From Epithemia pelagica (lineage: Eukaryota > Protista > Bacillariophyta): a stretch of 64,000 nt of DNA. Both the position numbers and the translations under genes were made by a program. The notes below the pieces were generated by a model. It searched no databases. It saw only the letters and a program-made list of their open reading frames with translations, and had not been told where the DNA came from. Of this stretch, positions 33,327-44,019 are shown one piece after another; within the stretch, counting starts at the first letter, position 1; the number at the start of each line of letters is the position of its first letter. The stretch lies in NCBI GenBank assembly GCA_946965045.2, contig OX337229.1, forward strand, positions 5,580,001-5,644,000, read 5' to 3'.

Positions 33327-36300
33327 ATGTCACGCCAAGAACAACCACAACCAGATGGCGCCCCATCCTCAACAGCGAGTGGCACGGGGAGATATGGACG
33401 CAATGGTGGCCGCGGACGCGGTCGAGGTAGAGGAGGACGTGGCTCAGGTGGCCAACAAGGAAATACAAAGTTCCAAGGGCAGGAACCGACCCTTAAAGAC
33501 TGTATCTTCGATTATTCAGAAGACCCACAGTCCAAGCGGTATCTTCGGAACGTCGAACACTTGATTGGTTATGTTGGGACAACGTTCAAGCGGTACAATC
33601 TCCAATTCCAGCAAGCCCTGGAGAATCTTGAGTTACCACCACCTGATGAAGTTGTGCCTCCCAAGGATACGACCAACACCATCAAGGTCGAAGAATGGAA
33701 GATGAAATACAAGATGAGAGAAGAACAATTGATAGAATATCAAAACTTTCGTGCCTCCCTCTATAGCCTCATCCTGGGTCAGTGCACCCAGTTGATGAAG
33801 GATAAATTGCAGGCCAAAGCAGAGTTCGACGCAGTAAAGAAATCAAGAGATGGAATCGAATTGCTCAAGTTAATCAAACGGACCACATTCACCTACGATT
33901 CAGGGCGGATTTATGCTCTGGTGGGCCGTGACAAACTCAAGGAAGAATTCTACGGGTTGAAACGAAGACAGAATCAAAGCATTCAAAGCTACTACGAGCT
34001 TTTTCGTGCGAAAGCCAAGGTAATAGAGGAGCTTGGCATTCTCCTCTATGATGATGACCTTGCACAACAAATTGCAACAGACAACAGACACACAACGGGG
34101 CCCACCGAAGAAGACAAGGAAGAAGCACAACAGCGTTGCATCGCCATTCGATTCATTCGCTCATGTGGGGCAAGGGAGTATGAAACCCATTTACAAAATA
34201 CGTTTTTGGACGGACCGAACCATTATCCGAAGACCCTCGCCGATGCCCGAGCCATTATTGACAACCGACTGTCAGGCCATCGCAGTGGGCACGGGCAGCA
34301 ACCGGTACAAGAAAGTAATGCCACCGGACTGGCTTACCATGCCAGAGAAAGCACCAACAATGGCGACGACGATACATCAAGTCTGACAGGAGCCACATTG
34401 AACACAACAGGACATCAGAGTGGAGCAGCCAACAATGATGGAGCACAGCGCAATCCTCCGAACACAAACGGTACAGTGACGGTTAACAGACAGCAAACAG
34501 AGCTGTCAGCAAATTCTCACCACTTCTCTTTCGCGTCCTCCTGTTTTCAGCCTCGTAACCTATCCAAAGAATGGCTCCTCCTTGATAACCAATCTACTGT
34601 GGATATCATTCACAGTGGACACCTTCTACAAAACATACACACAGCCACTACTCCCATCACCATCACAAGTCATGCCGGGGAGAGACAACTTACACAACAA
34701 GGATTGTTTCCTGGCTATGGGATAGTATGGTATGATCCCGAAGGATCAGCCAACATTCTATCTTTGACCAACGCTCAACACCGATTTCGAATTCACTACG
34801 ACAGCCACGACGGCAACACCTTTCAACTCTTGGACCCTGCTACGGGCAGACTCAAGCACAAGTTTACTCAGAGCCCACAAGGTCTTTACTACATGCATCT
34901 CGACTCCCTACAAGGTAGTAGTTTCGTAACTACGGTTAACGATAACGAAACTCATTACACTGCCAACGAGATCAGTAGGGCCAAGGGCGTACGTGCATTA
35001 CAAGCTAAGATAGGGCGCCCTTCCACAAGGGATCTCATCTATATCCTCAACCACAAGCTCATCCCCAACGCTCCTTTCACCAGCGACGATGCGAGAAGGG
35101 CAGAGCTCATCTATGGCCCTGATCTGGGATCGTTAAAAGGAAAAACGACCAGAAGGCGTCCACCAGTTGTGGACACCACAGAAACAGTACCACCACGCCT
35201 CGCGGAAAAACATAAAGACGTCACGATTGCTTTGGATGTGATGCATATCAACAACATCTCCTTTTTGGTTACAACCTCACGCGTGTTTCGGTTTTCCACC
35301 ATGGATGCCATCAAGGATAAAGAAGAGGACACGCTGATTCGATCGATCAGAAAGACATTGTCCGTGTTTCGTCGTGGCGGTCTGCGACCCAGGTTTATTA
35401 TGGCCAATGGAGCGTTTGCAAGTGACGGAATGGAAATGAGTATGGGAAACTTAGGAGTGAAATTAAACACCACGGCCCGCGATGAACATGTGGGTCTGAT
35501 CGAACGGCACATACGAACTGTGAAGGAACGAATCAGGAGTGTTTATGCAACTTTGCCGTTCCCGACTCTGCCAAAGATTATGCTGATCGAACTGGCTAAA
35601 TTTGCCACCTTCTGGCTCAATTGCCTCCCAACACAGAATCATGAGTTGTCAACTACTATGAGCGCCAGAGAACTTGTCACAGGCGAAACGCTTGATTTTA
35701 ATCGGCACTGCCGGTTTGAGTTCGGAGAGTACGTACAATGCCATGAGGAGCATGATAATACCATGGCTCCCCGCACGGTGGGGGCACTTGCATTACGCCC
35801 AACAGGCAATAGGCAAGGAAGTTATTACTTCCTGAGCCTCGAGAGTGGTCGTGTCATTACTCGGAACCATGCCACCAAATTACCAATGCCGAAAGAAGTG
35901 ATCCAGCGGGTAGCACAATTGGCAGCTTCCCAAGAGATGCAGCCTGGTCTTGCTTTCGGAAACCGAGATAACCGAATTCTCATGTTAGATGATGATAATC
36001 CCCTCCTGGAGGACGATGACAGTGTGTATACGCACGTGGAGGAGGAAGACGACGATCTCCGCTATGATGACGATGTGGTTGATCATGAACTGGAAGACGA
36101 GCCAGATCCAAACGGTCCACCGATGGAATGGGACCAAAATGGTGTTGAAAACCAGGAAAACCAAGGAGTGAATGATCCAGCTGGTGGTTTCGACAACGGT
36201 GACGGTGAGATGGAACCTGTGGAACAGGGAATCATGGAGGAGCCAATGGAGGGAGAGGCAGGGAATGTGGAGGAATTGATGGAAGGGGGGGAACAAGACA

Positions 36301-38432
36301 ATAATGACAATAATGATATTGTTGTGGCCGAAGAAGATATCCAAAACAACAACCTTGAAGAAGTGATTGATATGCCGGACGACGAGGAGATGGAGATTGT
36401 CTTCGAGCCTGCAAACGACGATGAAGACACAGCAAATGACAACGAGAACCCGAATGAGGGTGACAATAACAATCAACGATACAACCTGCGCCCGAATCGT
36501 GAGCGCAGTTACGCGCATCGATTTGGTCACACATTCGCATGTGTTGACAGCCTCGAACCGAAACAGCGCTACGATGGATACTTGCTCCGCGGAGTGCTAT
36601 ATCTCATTGAGGCAGAGACAAACCTAGCAACCCCACAGATGTCTATGAGGCTAGGGATCAAGATGTTCGGCAACAAAGGAAGAGAAGCCGTTAAAAAGGA
36701 AATAAAACAGCTGCATGACCGAGGGGTTTTACGAGCCGTCCACAAAGCTGACTTATCGTGGGAACAAATTAAGCAAGCACTGAACTACCTGATGTTTTTA
36801 AAACGCAAGAGATGTGGAAAAGTAAAAGGTCGGGGGTGTGCTGACGGGCGTAAACAACGAGGTTTTGTCCCGAAGGAAGATGCCGCTTCACCCACCGTTT
36901 CGACAGAAGCAGTTTTCATAACGGCAGTTGTGGATGCCGTGGAGCGACGCTATGTTGTCATAGCAGATATCCCAGGCGCGTTTATGCATTCCGATATGGA
37001 TCCAAATGTCCATATGCGTATCGAGGGCTTAATGGCAGAATTGCTCTTGGAAGTAGACTACGAAATGTACAGCAAATATGTGGTCTACGAATACAACAAA
37101 CCAGTCATCTATGTGGAAATGTTAAAAGCTTTGTACGGCACCCTCAGGGCTGCTCGTCTCTTCTGGATCAAGTTGAGTGGGGTCCTGCAGAGTTGGGGGT
37201 ACATCATCAACCCCTACGATCACTGCGTAGCAAACAAGATCATCAACGGAAAGCAATGCACCGTAACCTGGCACATTGATGATTTGAAAATCTCACATGA
37301 GGACCCGGCGGTTGTTGAGTCGTTCTTAACCGATCTACAGGCTGAGTTCGGATCTTTGGGAGACATCTCGGTTTCCCGCGGAAAGCGCCATGATTATCTG
37401 GGGATGTTTCTCGATTTCTCAGAGGACGGGATTCTTCAAGTCGACATGCGCCCATACTTACAAACAATCTTTGCTAACATGCCATCCGAGATGGTTGGCA
37501 AAGCCCAAACGCCAGCTGCAAATCACCTGTATCATGTGAACAATGAAGCAACAAAACTCAATGAGCAGTATGCGGAGCGTTTTCACAGTATCACGATGCA
37601 GTTAGCGTACCTAGCACACCGCGGTCGGCCCGATATTCGAACTGCTGTCGCCTTCCTGTCCACCCGAGTGGCCCAACCTGATGAAGACGATTATCGGAAG
37701 TTGTCACGAGTGTTGAAATATTTGCAAACCACCGTGGATCTGGTTCTTCGCTTACAAGGTGCAGCTGAGTGGATCATAAGATGGTGGGTAGATGCATCAT
37801 ATGCGGTACACCCCAACACCAAAGGACATACGGGTGGATTCATGAGCCTTGGCAAAGGAACAGTGATCGGCTTTTCAGCCAAACAAAAGTTAGTTGCAAG
37901 AAGTTCCACCGAATGCGAGTTAATTGGCATTCACGACGTGATGCCATCACTCATCTGGAGTAAGAAGTTTATGGAGGCCCAAGGATTGAATGTGCAGGAT
38001 GTTATACTGCATCAAGATAATCAGAGCAGCATCCTCTTAGCCAAGAACGGTCGACTGTCCAGCTCCAAACGAACGAAGCACATTGATGTTCGCTATTTCT
38101 TTGTGACAGACCGCATCAAGAACAAAGAGTTGAGTGTGGAGTTCTGTCCTACAGAACAAATGATAGCGGATTTCTTTACGAAACCGCTTCAGGGTCGCCT
38201 CTTTTACCAACTACGGGACCTGATCATGAATATTGCTCCTCACGATAAACATCATTCGTCCCATAGGAGTGTGTTGAAGGATGTCCCGTCATCGGTCGCT
38301 GAGGCGGATGCAACTGCGACCAAGGATACGTCGCCTGGAGCACCAGATGGAGTCGAATGGATGGAAGCTGAACGACGTGGCAAGCAATCGAAGAAAAAGA
38401 GCCAGAGAGCTCATTCTAAGGAGAATACGTAA
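33327..38432 (+). CDS. Gag-Pol polyprotein of Copia element 1 (single ORF, ends inside the 3' LTR)
   Basis: Protease WLLLDNQSTVD; integrase ALDVMHI...ARDEHVGLIERHIRTVKER; RT ADIPGAF, KALYG, WHIDDLKI; RNase H WVDASYAVH, QDNQS, ADFFTKPLQG. Confidence 0.95.
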   Translation: MSRQEQPQPDGAPSSTASGTGRYGRNGGRGRGRGRGGRGSGGQQGNTKFQGQEPTLKDCIFDYSEDPQSKRYLRNVEHLIGYVGTTFKRYNLQFQQALENLELPPPDEVVPPKDTTNTIKVEEWKMKYKMREEQLIEYQNFRASLYSLILGQCTQLMKDKLQAKAEFDAVKKSRDGIELLKLIKRTTFTYDSGRIYALVGRDKLKEEFYGLKRRQNQSIQSYYELFRAKAKVIEELGILLYDDDLAQQIATDNRHTTGPTEEDKEEAQQRCIAIRFIRSCGAREYETHLQNTFLDGPNHYPKTLADARAIIDNRLSGHRSGHGQQPVQESNATGLAYHARESTNNGDDDTSSLTGATLNTTGHQSGAANNDGAQRNPPNTNGTVTVNRQQTELSANSHHFSFASSCFQPRNLSKEWLLLDNQSTVDIIHSGHLLQNIHTATTPITITSHAGERQLTQQGLFPGYGIVWYDPEGSANILSLTNAQHRFRIHYDSHDGNTFQLLDPATGRLKHKFTQSPQGLYYMHLDSLQGSSFVTTVNDNETHYTANEISRAKGVRALQAKIGRPSTRDLIYILNHKLIPNAPFTSDDARRAELIYGPDLGSLKGKTTRRRPPVVDTTETVPPRLAEKHKDVTIALDVMHINNISFLVTTSRVFRFSTMDAIKDKEEDTLIRSIRKTLSVFRRGGLRPRFIMANGAFASDGMEMSMGNLGVKLNTTARDEHVGLIERHIRTVKERIRSVYATLPFPTLPKIMLIELAKFATFWLNCLPTQNHELSTTMSARELVTGETLDFNRHCRFEFGEYVQCHEEHDNTMAPRTVGALALRPTGNRQGSYYFLSLESGRVITRNHATKLPMPKEVIQRVAQLAASQEMQPGLAFGNRDNRILMLDDDNPLLEDDDSVYTHVEEEDDDLRYDDDVVDHELEDEPDPNGPPMEWDQNGVENQENQGVNDPAGGFDNGDGEMEPVEQGIMEEPMEGEAGNVEELMEGGEQDNNDNNDIVVAEEDIQNNNLEEVIDMPDDEEMEIVFEPANDDEDTANDNENPNEGDNNNQRYNLRPNRERSYAHRFGHTFACVDSLEPKQRYDGYLLRGVLYLIEAETNLATPQMSMRLGIKMFGNKGREAVKKEIKQLHDRGVLRAVHKADLSWEQIKQALNYLMFLKRKRCGKVKGRGCADGRKQRGFVPKEDAASPTVSTEAVFITAVVDAVERRYVVIADIPGAFMHSDMDPNVHMRIEGLMAELLLEVDYEMYSKYVVYEYNKPVIYVEMLKALYGTLRAARLFWIKLSGVLQSWGYIINPYDHCVANKIINGKQCTVTWHIDDLKISHEDPAVVESFLTDLQAEFGSLGDISVSRGKRHDYLGMFLDFSEDGILQVDMRPYLQTIFANMPSEMVGKAQTPAANHLYHVNNEATKLNEQYAERFHSITMQLAYLAHRGRPDIRTAVAFLSTRVAQPDEDDYRKLSRVLKYLQTTVDLVLRLQGAAEWIIRWWVDASYAVHPNTKGHTGGFMSLGKGTVIGFSAKQKLVARSSTECELIGIHDVMPSLIWSKKFMEAQGLNVQDVILHQDNQSSILLAKNGRLSSSKRTKHIDVRYFFVTDRIKNKELSVEFCPTEQMIADFFTKPLQGRLFYQLRDLIMNIAPHDKHHSSHRSVLKDVPSSVAEADATATKDTSPGAPDGVEWMEAERRGKQSKKKSQRAHSKENT

Positions 38433-38482
38433 CTTGTAATCGATTGTTGCCTTTACAGCACAGTTGTTAATAGGTTTCAACA
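38272..38482 (+). repeat. 3' LTR of Copia element 1 (211 bp)
   Basis: Matches the 5' LTR; preceded by short purine-rich AGGAGTG (PPT candidate). Confidence 0.97.
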
Positions 38483-40411
38483 CTGCCAGTGTGTTTTGCA
38501 ATGGCACTCTTTTCGCCATTGGTGGACATGGAGACAATAACGACGACCTAGACACTGTTGAAGCAATTCAAGTTGGAGATTTACTTCTCGCACAAACTGC
38601 AGACAGCACTACGAATGGATGGAAGACTTTGGATTGCCGTTTGTCTGCAAAACGAGCAGGGTGTGCCGCTGCTGCTGTAAATGACAGATTCATTGTTGTG
38701 GTTGGCGGAGGCAGCTCTTCATTGTCATCTGTGGACATCATTGACACAGCATCCGAAAGTCAATATGCTGTCGTCTCTGGGCCGCCGTTGAACAAAGATC
38801 GATATTACTTTGGAGTGGCTGTTATTGGCCAGAGAATCTATGTTGTTGGTGGGCATCCGGCCAAAAATGCGTTACCTGTTGAATACTTGGAGTTTGAGGA
38901 CTGTTCAAACCATGCAGATGTAACTGTAACATCAGTTTTTCCATCGACCAAGTCCTGGAAGATACAAGAGGACCTTGCTCTTGACGCTGATCGATTTCAA
39001 CATTGTGTTGTCAAGGTGGGATCCTGTCTCGTTGTTGCAGGGGGGTTGACTAGAGACAATGAAGGATTATCATCCGTCGAAGTCATGGACACTGAACAAC
39101 ATGTCATGTGGAAGCTTCCATCTATGACGACAAAACGGAATTATGGTAACATGGTTGCCATTTCCAATGGCATTTTAGCCATTAGTGGTAAAGAAAAAGA
39201 TTCTTGTGAATATCTTGCGTTGACGGAGAAGAAAACAGAAACCAAGGTTTGTATTGCTGCGTCTTGTCTGTGTTTTGGGGGACAAGTCATTTTTTGTGTC
39301 TCACAATTGCCGGCTGCCTTTTACAGAAGGCTTGCTCCTCTCAAATGGAGCTGGAGAAACTTGACATTGTTAGCGACCGAGTAGAAAGTAACAATGTCGA
39401 TAAAGAGCATGTATTGCACGAAGCTCCCATAGCCAACGAGCCGCATCAGATGTTGATGAATGGTACGCAGCCTATTGTCCGGAAACGGTCGATTGAACCT
39501 GAATTGGAAGTGAAGATGAGCAACAAGAAATCCTGTGATGCCGTTACTCTGTCTGCGAGCTCACGTGAGTCTCTGTCCCATGGCATTCTCGGAAAGAAGG
39601 AGGACAAAGTTGTGCCACTTTTGAATCGTGTCGATCACATTGAGAAGTGGAAAGCTGGTGCCACGAGTTCTTTAGAGAAACTCTTTGAGGAAAACAAGAA
39701 GCTGGCTGAGGAAAACAAGAGGCTCGTTGAAACTGACCAGAAGTTGGTTGCGACAAACAAGAGGCTGGAAAGTCGATTGCACAAATTGGAACAATTGATC
39801 ATAGGGGACGAAGAGTAGAAACTCTGTTTGTTGATGATATGGCATGATAGTAATGATGCGACCAAATGCTCTTGACAGTCCTACTAATACTCTTATCACA
39901 ATCTAAAAATAAATGGTGATATTTCTGTTTACCAGAATGTCTTTGGTTTGTGGACCAGTGTATTATGATCGGCCGCAGCGTGTTCGCCATTTTCCCACAA
40001 GGACACGAAATGAACCAGATGTCTCCACTCTCTACTTTTTTGCCAATAAAGAAGGAAATTGGAGTTGTACATGTACCGGTCAAGATCATAAGTGGTATCC
40101 ATGTTCACTTCCATCATTGATCGTACAAGGTGTCATAGTCGATCCCCACAGAGAACCATACATTGTCCGCCACACGCACAAAAGCCCATGGACGAGATTC
40201 TCCCAATTGCGTTTCAACATTGTCATCTCCCTCGTGTGCAATTTGGCCTTTCGACCCACCCATCGACATCTTGTTAAATATAAGATTGATGGAATAAAGC
40301 AATTGCGCTCTGCAATTGTGGAAGTGGCAGGTTGCGAGAGGATCGGCAATAGTCTGCAGTCTTGCGTCAATCCAAGGAAACACCACACCCGAATCTCTCA
40401 ACTACCAAAGA

Positions 40412-41857
40412 CTAGAAGAGGCTGTTGTTCCATGTCAAAAACGGAGGCAATCGTTCGGACCGCCCCGCATCCGAGGCATCCAGCCAGTGAGGTGGATGAA
40501 GATGGTGTCGTGGTGGTAGATTGCCGTGACGATTGGTGTCATGTGAAATTTCGTGTTGCTCATGGCTCGGGAAATCTCCCAACAATGGATCCTCCTGGAC
40601 AACATGTTCCATATGCGGTTGTTGTTGTTGTTGTCTATGCGCTTCATCGCCATTTGTTACATCACCATCGTGAGAGGCAGGCAAATCCTCGTCGACATTT
40701 GTTGAAGCGCCATTGGTCGCCTGTTTCTTCATTCGTGTTTCCAAGGATCCACCCCGATTACGCAAACTCCATTGGAATCCAATTTCTTGCAATTTGGCAA
40801 TCCGTTCATTGGACAATTCCCCCAAGCGATAATGCTTTCGTTGCTGAAGCACAAAGTTTCCGAGCCCTGGCACGTCTTCGTACTTTTGAGGCACATTGCA
40901 ATCCCCAAACTGTTGCTTGTACTCCACCAACTGGGACACTCGCAACTCAAAACTCAACGATTCAGCCTTGTTGGGTTGACTGTTCCATTTGAATCCCAAG
41001 GCTTGAAGCAAACGTACCCGTTCCGGCTTGAGGTTGGTCCATTTGCCCGTCCGCAAATGCTTGTGCTGCGTCCGTTGCGTCGACACCCAACAGGCCAGTT
41101 TGGCCATTTTGGGATCGGATCCCCTCCATTTGGCCGGAACATCGCAATGTCCATGTGATTCTTTAAACTTTTTTAATTCGTGAAACATTTCCGTCCACTT
41201 GAGGTCATGTTTGGAATCTTTGCCATTGCCGTTGTACGGATTGGTCGTTCGCACCCGTGTCTCCCCTCGGGTCTCCTCGCCATTCTCCTGTACAGCATGT
41301 TGTTCTTCCAGCACATGAGATGTGGCTTCAAAGGCCGCTCGCTTTCGTTTCTTGATATCATGTTTGAGTTCCAAGTGCTTTTCTTTGGCCTTTTCAAAGG
41401 ATTTTTGAACCTTTTTGGTTTGTCGCATGGCTCGTACGGTTTCCTCTCGTTCCTTGGTCAATTCGTCTTGGATTTGAGCCGAATGTTGCAAGGCCTCTTC
41501 CAATGCCCTGGTCAGACGCAGTATTTCATCTTCCATTTGTTCTTCCAAGGCATCCCGTTGGGCAATTTCTTTGCGCAGTGCCTCGTTCGCACTGCGCAAC
41601 TTGACACTCACGGCACGTTCGTGTGCCACAGCAGCCTCGTGGACGTGGGCAGGTACCATGGACGGCGCCGGACACGAACCATTGCCTGTTGGTTCATCAT
41701 CATCGTCACCAACACGGGGTTGGTCGTCTCCTTCCGTACCACCGGTTGCCGCATCGGGCATCCTGAAAGACGAGGAGGAGGAATTTCTAGTTGTGGTGTC
41801 CGAGGTTGTCGTCACAACCACCTTGTCTCCTTCAATACCCGCTTCATCTGGACTCAT
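40412..41857 (-). CDS. Coiled-coil protein with two helicase-associated (HA) domains
   Basis: KWTEMFHELKKFKESHGHCDVP...WVSTQR...LQALGFKW and LVEYKQQFGDCNVPQKY...LQEIGFQW. Confidence 0.88.
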   Translation of the reverse strand: MSPDEAGIEGDKVVVTTTSDTTTRNSSSSSFRMPDAATGGTEGDDQPRVGDDDDEPTGNGSCPAPSMVPAHVHEAAVAHERAVSVKLRSANEALRKEIAQRDALEEQMEDEILRLTRALEEALQHSAQIQDELTKEREETVRAMRQTKKVQKSFEKAKEKHLELKHDIKKRKRAAFEATSHVLEEQHAVQENGEETRGETRVRTTNPYNGNGKDSKHDLKWTEMFHELKKFKESHGHCDVPAKWRGSDPKMAKLACWVSTQRTQHKHLRTGKWTNLKPERVRLLQALGFKWNSQPNKAESLSFELRVSQLVEYKQQFGDCNVPQKYEDVPGLGNFVLQQRKHYRLGELSNERIAKLQEIGFQWSLRNRGGSLETRMKKQATNGASTNVDEDLPASHDGDVTNGDEAHRQQQQQPHMEHVVQEDPLLGDFPSHEQHEISHDTNRHGNLPPRHHLHPPHWLDASDAGRSERLPPFLTWNNSLF

Positions 41858-42296
41858 GATGCTTCATTGTTTGCTCCCTTGTTATCGTCTCTTTGATATC
41901 AATTCTCTCCAGTAGTCGCATCCCTGGAACGGGCAAACGGCCCTGTTCCCCAACCAAAAAAATGTGAACAACGGCGATGGTAACAAGACTGCTGGATTCC
42001 CGCGTGGCGATGCGTTGGGTTCTGTCTGTTGAGAGAGTGTCGGTATTTGGTATGCTGTCAGTTGGTGTCGGTCTACAACTCATCTGCCCATGGAATTCTT
42101 CGTGCTGACGTCAAGCTATCCGATACCGGCTGACGTCGAACTCAACATCTTTTTGCGTTCTTTGACTTTGGGATGGGTGTGTCTGTCTCCCATGTTGACA
42201 GTTGACATCCATCCAAAACGTTGTGTGTGTCTCTCTTCTCTCTCTCATCTGTTTGGTGTTCAAGTTGAGCCTCTATTAGCGACTTTTACACAAAGG

Positions 42297-43277
42297 ATGA
42301 TGGAGCCAAGAACAATGAGAATGAGGAGCTGCTGGCTATTGTTTCTGCCGATACTACTAGCTGTAGTCCCTTCTTCCACACAAGGCTTTGCCATTCGGCC
42401 CTCGTATGACGTAGGCGGCACGAAATCCATTGGCACAGTGCCATTGGACCGTGGTGACACGGTGATGCGACGAGCCACGATTGTCTATCCGACCGACGAT
42501 GGACCACATCCATTATCCCCCACCACCACCGACAATTTTGGATCCCACGCCACGGATCGGTTCCATTCCATGATGGAGTTTTTGCAAACCGAGGCCTTGG
42601 ATCGACTGGCGCGATTGGCCGTCGCCTTTTCTCCCTTGGAACGAGCCATTCAACTTCAAGATATTGAACATGTCTCGGTCATTTCCATTGATGACACTTC
42701 CATTGACATTGAAGCCATGTTGTGCGAGAACGACGGCTGCGTCAGTCTGTCGGTGCCCATTTCCTTTCCTCACTCCTGCTCCGGTTCGGACGATTACGAA
42801 ACCTGTGTGGTGGACAATATTGGGACCTTGGATGTTCGAGCCAATCAAGCCTTGTTACAATCGTCGTGGGAATCCAAGCTTCGAGAACAAGGCTTGGATG
42901 TCGACCAGCAAAAGCAATTGCTCCGAGACCCCACCAACCTTGTGTATCCGTCCTGGTGGATTCCGGCGACTGTGGCGGAGGACTGTCTGCAAGAGTCCAA
43001 TGCCATTTTGGAGCTTTTGAACGACGGTGAGTTTTCGCAAGAGGTTCACGCTCTAGCTACTCGTGGACTCGTGCAACAACAACAACAATCACAGGGAGAG
43101 AATGTGCCGCCGTTGGTCGAATTGGCGGTCGTCACGGCAGTCGGTCCGGCCGGATTGATGTTGTGCGCCCTGAATCCAGAACTGGACGTTCATCAAATCC
43201 CCTTGGCCTTTTCGACACCAGCCAGCACGGTCGAATCGTTACGAACGGCAGTCCTGGAACTTGTGGGTTCCGTCTAG
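42297..43277 (+). CDS. Plastid-targeted protein with DUF2470-like domain(s)
   Basis: Leader MMEPRTMRMRSCWLLFLPILLAVVPSSTQG-F; C-terminal HQIPLAFSTPASTVESLRTAVLELV resembles DUF2470. Confidence 0.6.
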   Translation: MMEPRTMRMRSCWLLFLPILLAVVPSSTQGFAIRPSYDVGGTKSIGTVPLDRGDTVMRRATIVYPTDDGPHPLSPTTTDNFGSHATDRFHSMMEFLQTEALDRLARLAVAFSPLERAIQLQDIEHVSVISIDDTSIDIEAMLCENDGCVSLSVPISFPHSCSGSDDYETCVVDNIGTLDVRANQALLQSSWESKLREQGLDVDQQKQLLRDPTNLVYPSWWIPATVAEDCLQESNAILELLNDGEFSQEVHALATRGLVQQQQQSQGENVPPLVELAVVTAVGPAGLMLCALNPELDVHQIPLAFSTPASTVESLRTAVLELVGSV

Positions 43278-44019
43278 AGAAATTTCTCAAAGAAGAGAGC
43301 ATTGGAGGACTCTCCCATCACCGAGACTTGAATGCTACGGGAACATTTACTACCTACTACCAACCATCCTTACCTCCTTGCTACACACACACACACATGG
43401 GACAAGGATGCAGTCTCTGTCCACACGTGCTACATTGCTAGATATTGTATTGCATACGCCGGAACCACTGGCCGAGAATGTCACTGGGACTCTTTCCCGT
43501 TTTGTAGACGCTCACTCCGAGCATGACCACAATTGAATCATAGTGATAAAAGAAAGCCTCTCTCTGCCAACACTTTCATTCCAGTGACATGTACTTCTAT
43601 GAGATGGAGATGTAGGAGCTCAATGCGAGTCTAGCTAGGAGTAGCATACGGAATACGGATAAGTAGAACTACCCGTGTAGTCCACGACATTTCTCTCGTT
43701 TCGAAAATCCAAAAGACGATAATGAGAGACAAAAAACGAGACGAGAGGAGGCAATCGTATCCAATCAAACCAACTCCAACTTGCATGTGAATCATCCACA
43801 CGCTCACATTCACGAAACGAATGAGACGCGCGATTGAGCGAACTCCGACTTGTGGTGTATGTGCATCATCAAGGATTTTGAATCTTCGCTCGTCGAAAAT
43901 TGACGGAAACGGATGGGTGATGGTGATGACAGAAACCATTCCCATTGGGGAGAGGACACAAAACTGAGCCACGGAATCAGCAGAGTGGACGAAACAGAAC
44001 CGCAGGGTTGATTTGCAGA

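Larger units (their letters stand above)
32400..38482 (+). mobile_element. Full-length Ty1/Copia (CoDi-type) LTR retrotransposon 1, 6083 bp, 5-bp TSD CTGCC
   Basis: 211-bp LTRs TGTTGAA...TTCAACA; CTGCC at 32395-32399 and 38483-38487; domain order protease-integrase-RT-RNase H. Confidence 0.97.
32103..39818 (+). pseudogene. Kelch-repeat + C-terminal coiled-coil protein, copy 1, disrupted by Copia element 1; join(32103..32399,38488..39246,39327..39818)
   Basis: RWGHSSVVV and GG-containing Kelch repeats; removing the element and one TSD restores an open 515-aa frame; intron 39247-39326. Confidence 0.9.

Noticed and set aside
33240-33329. Calicivirus-type TURBS reinitiation motif
   Set aside because: No UGGGA core in the expected window upstream of the stop/start junction.
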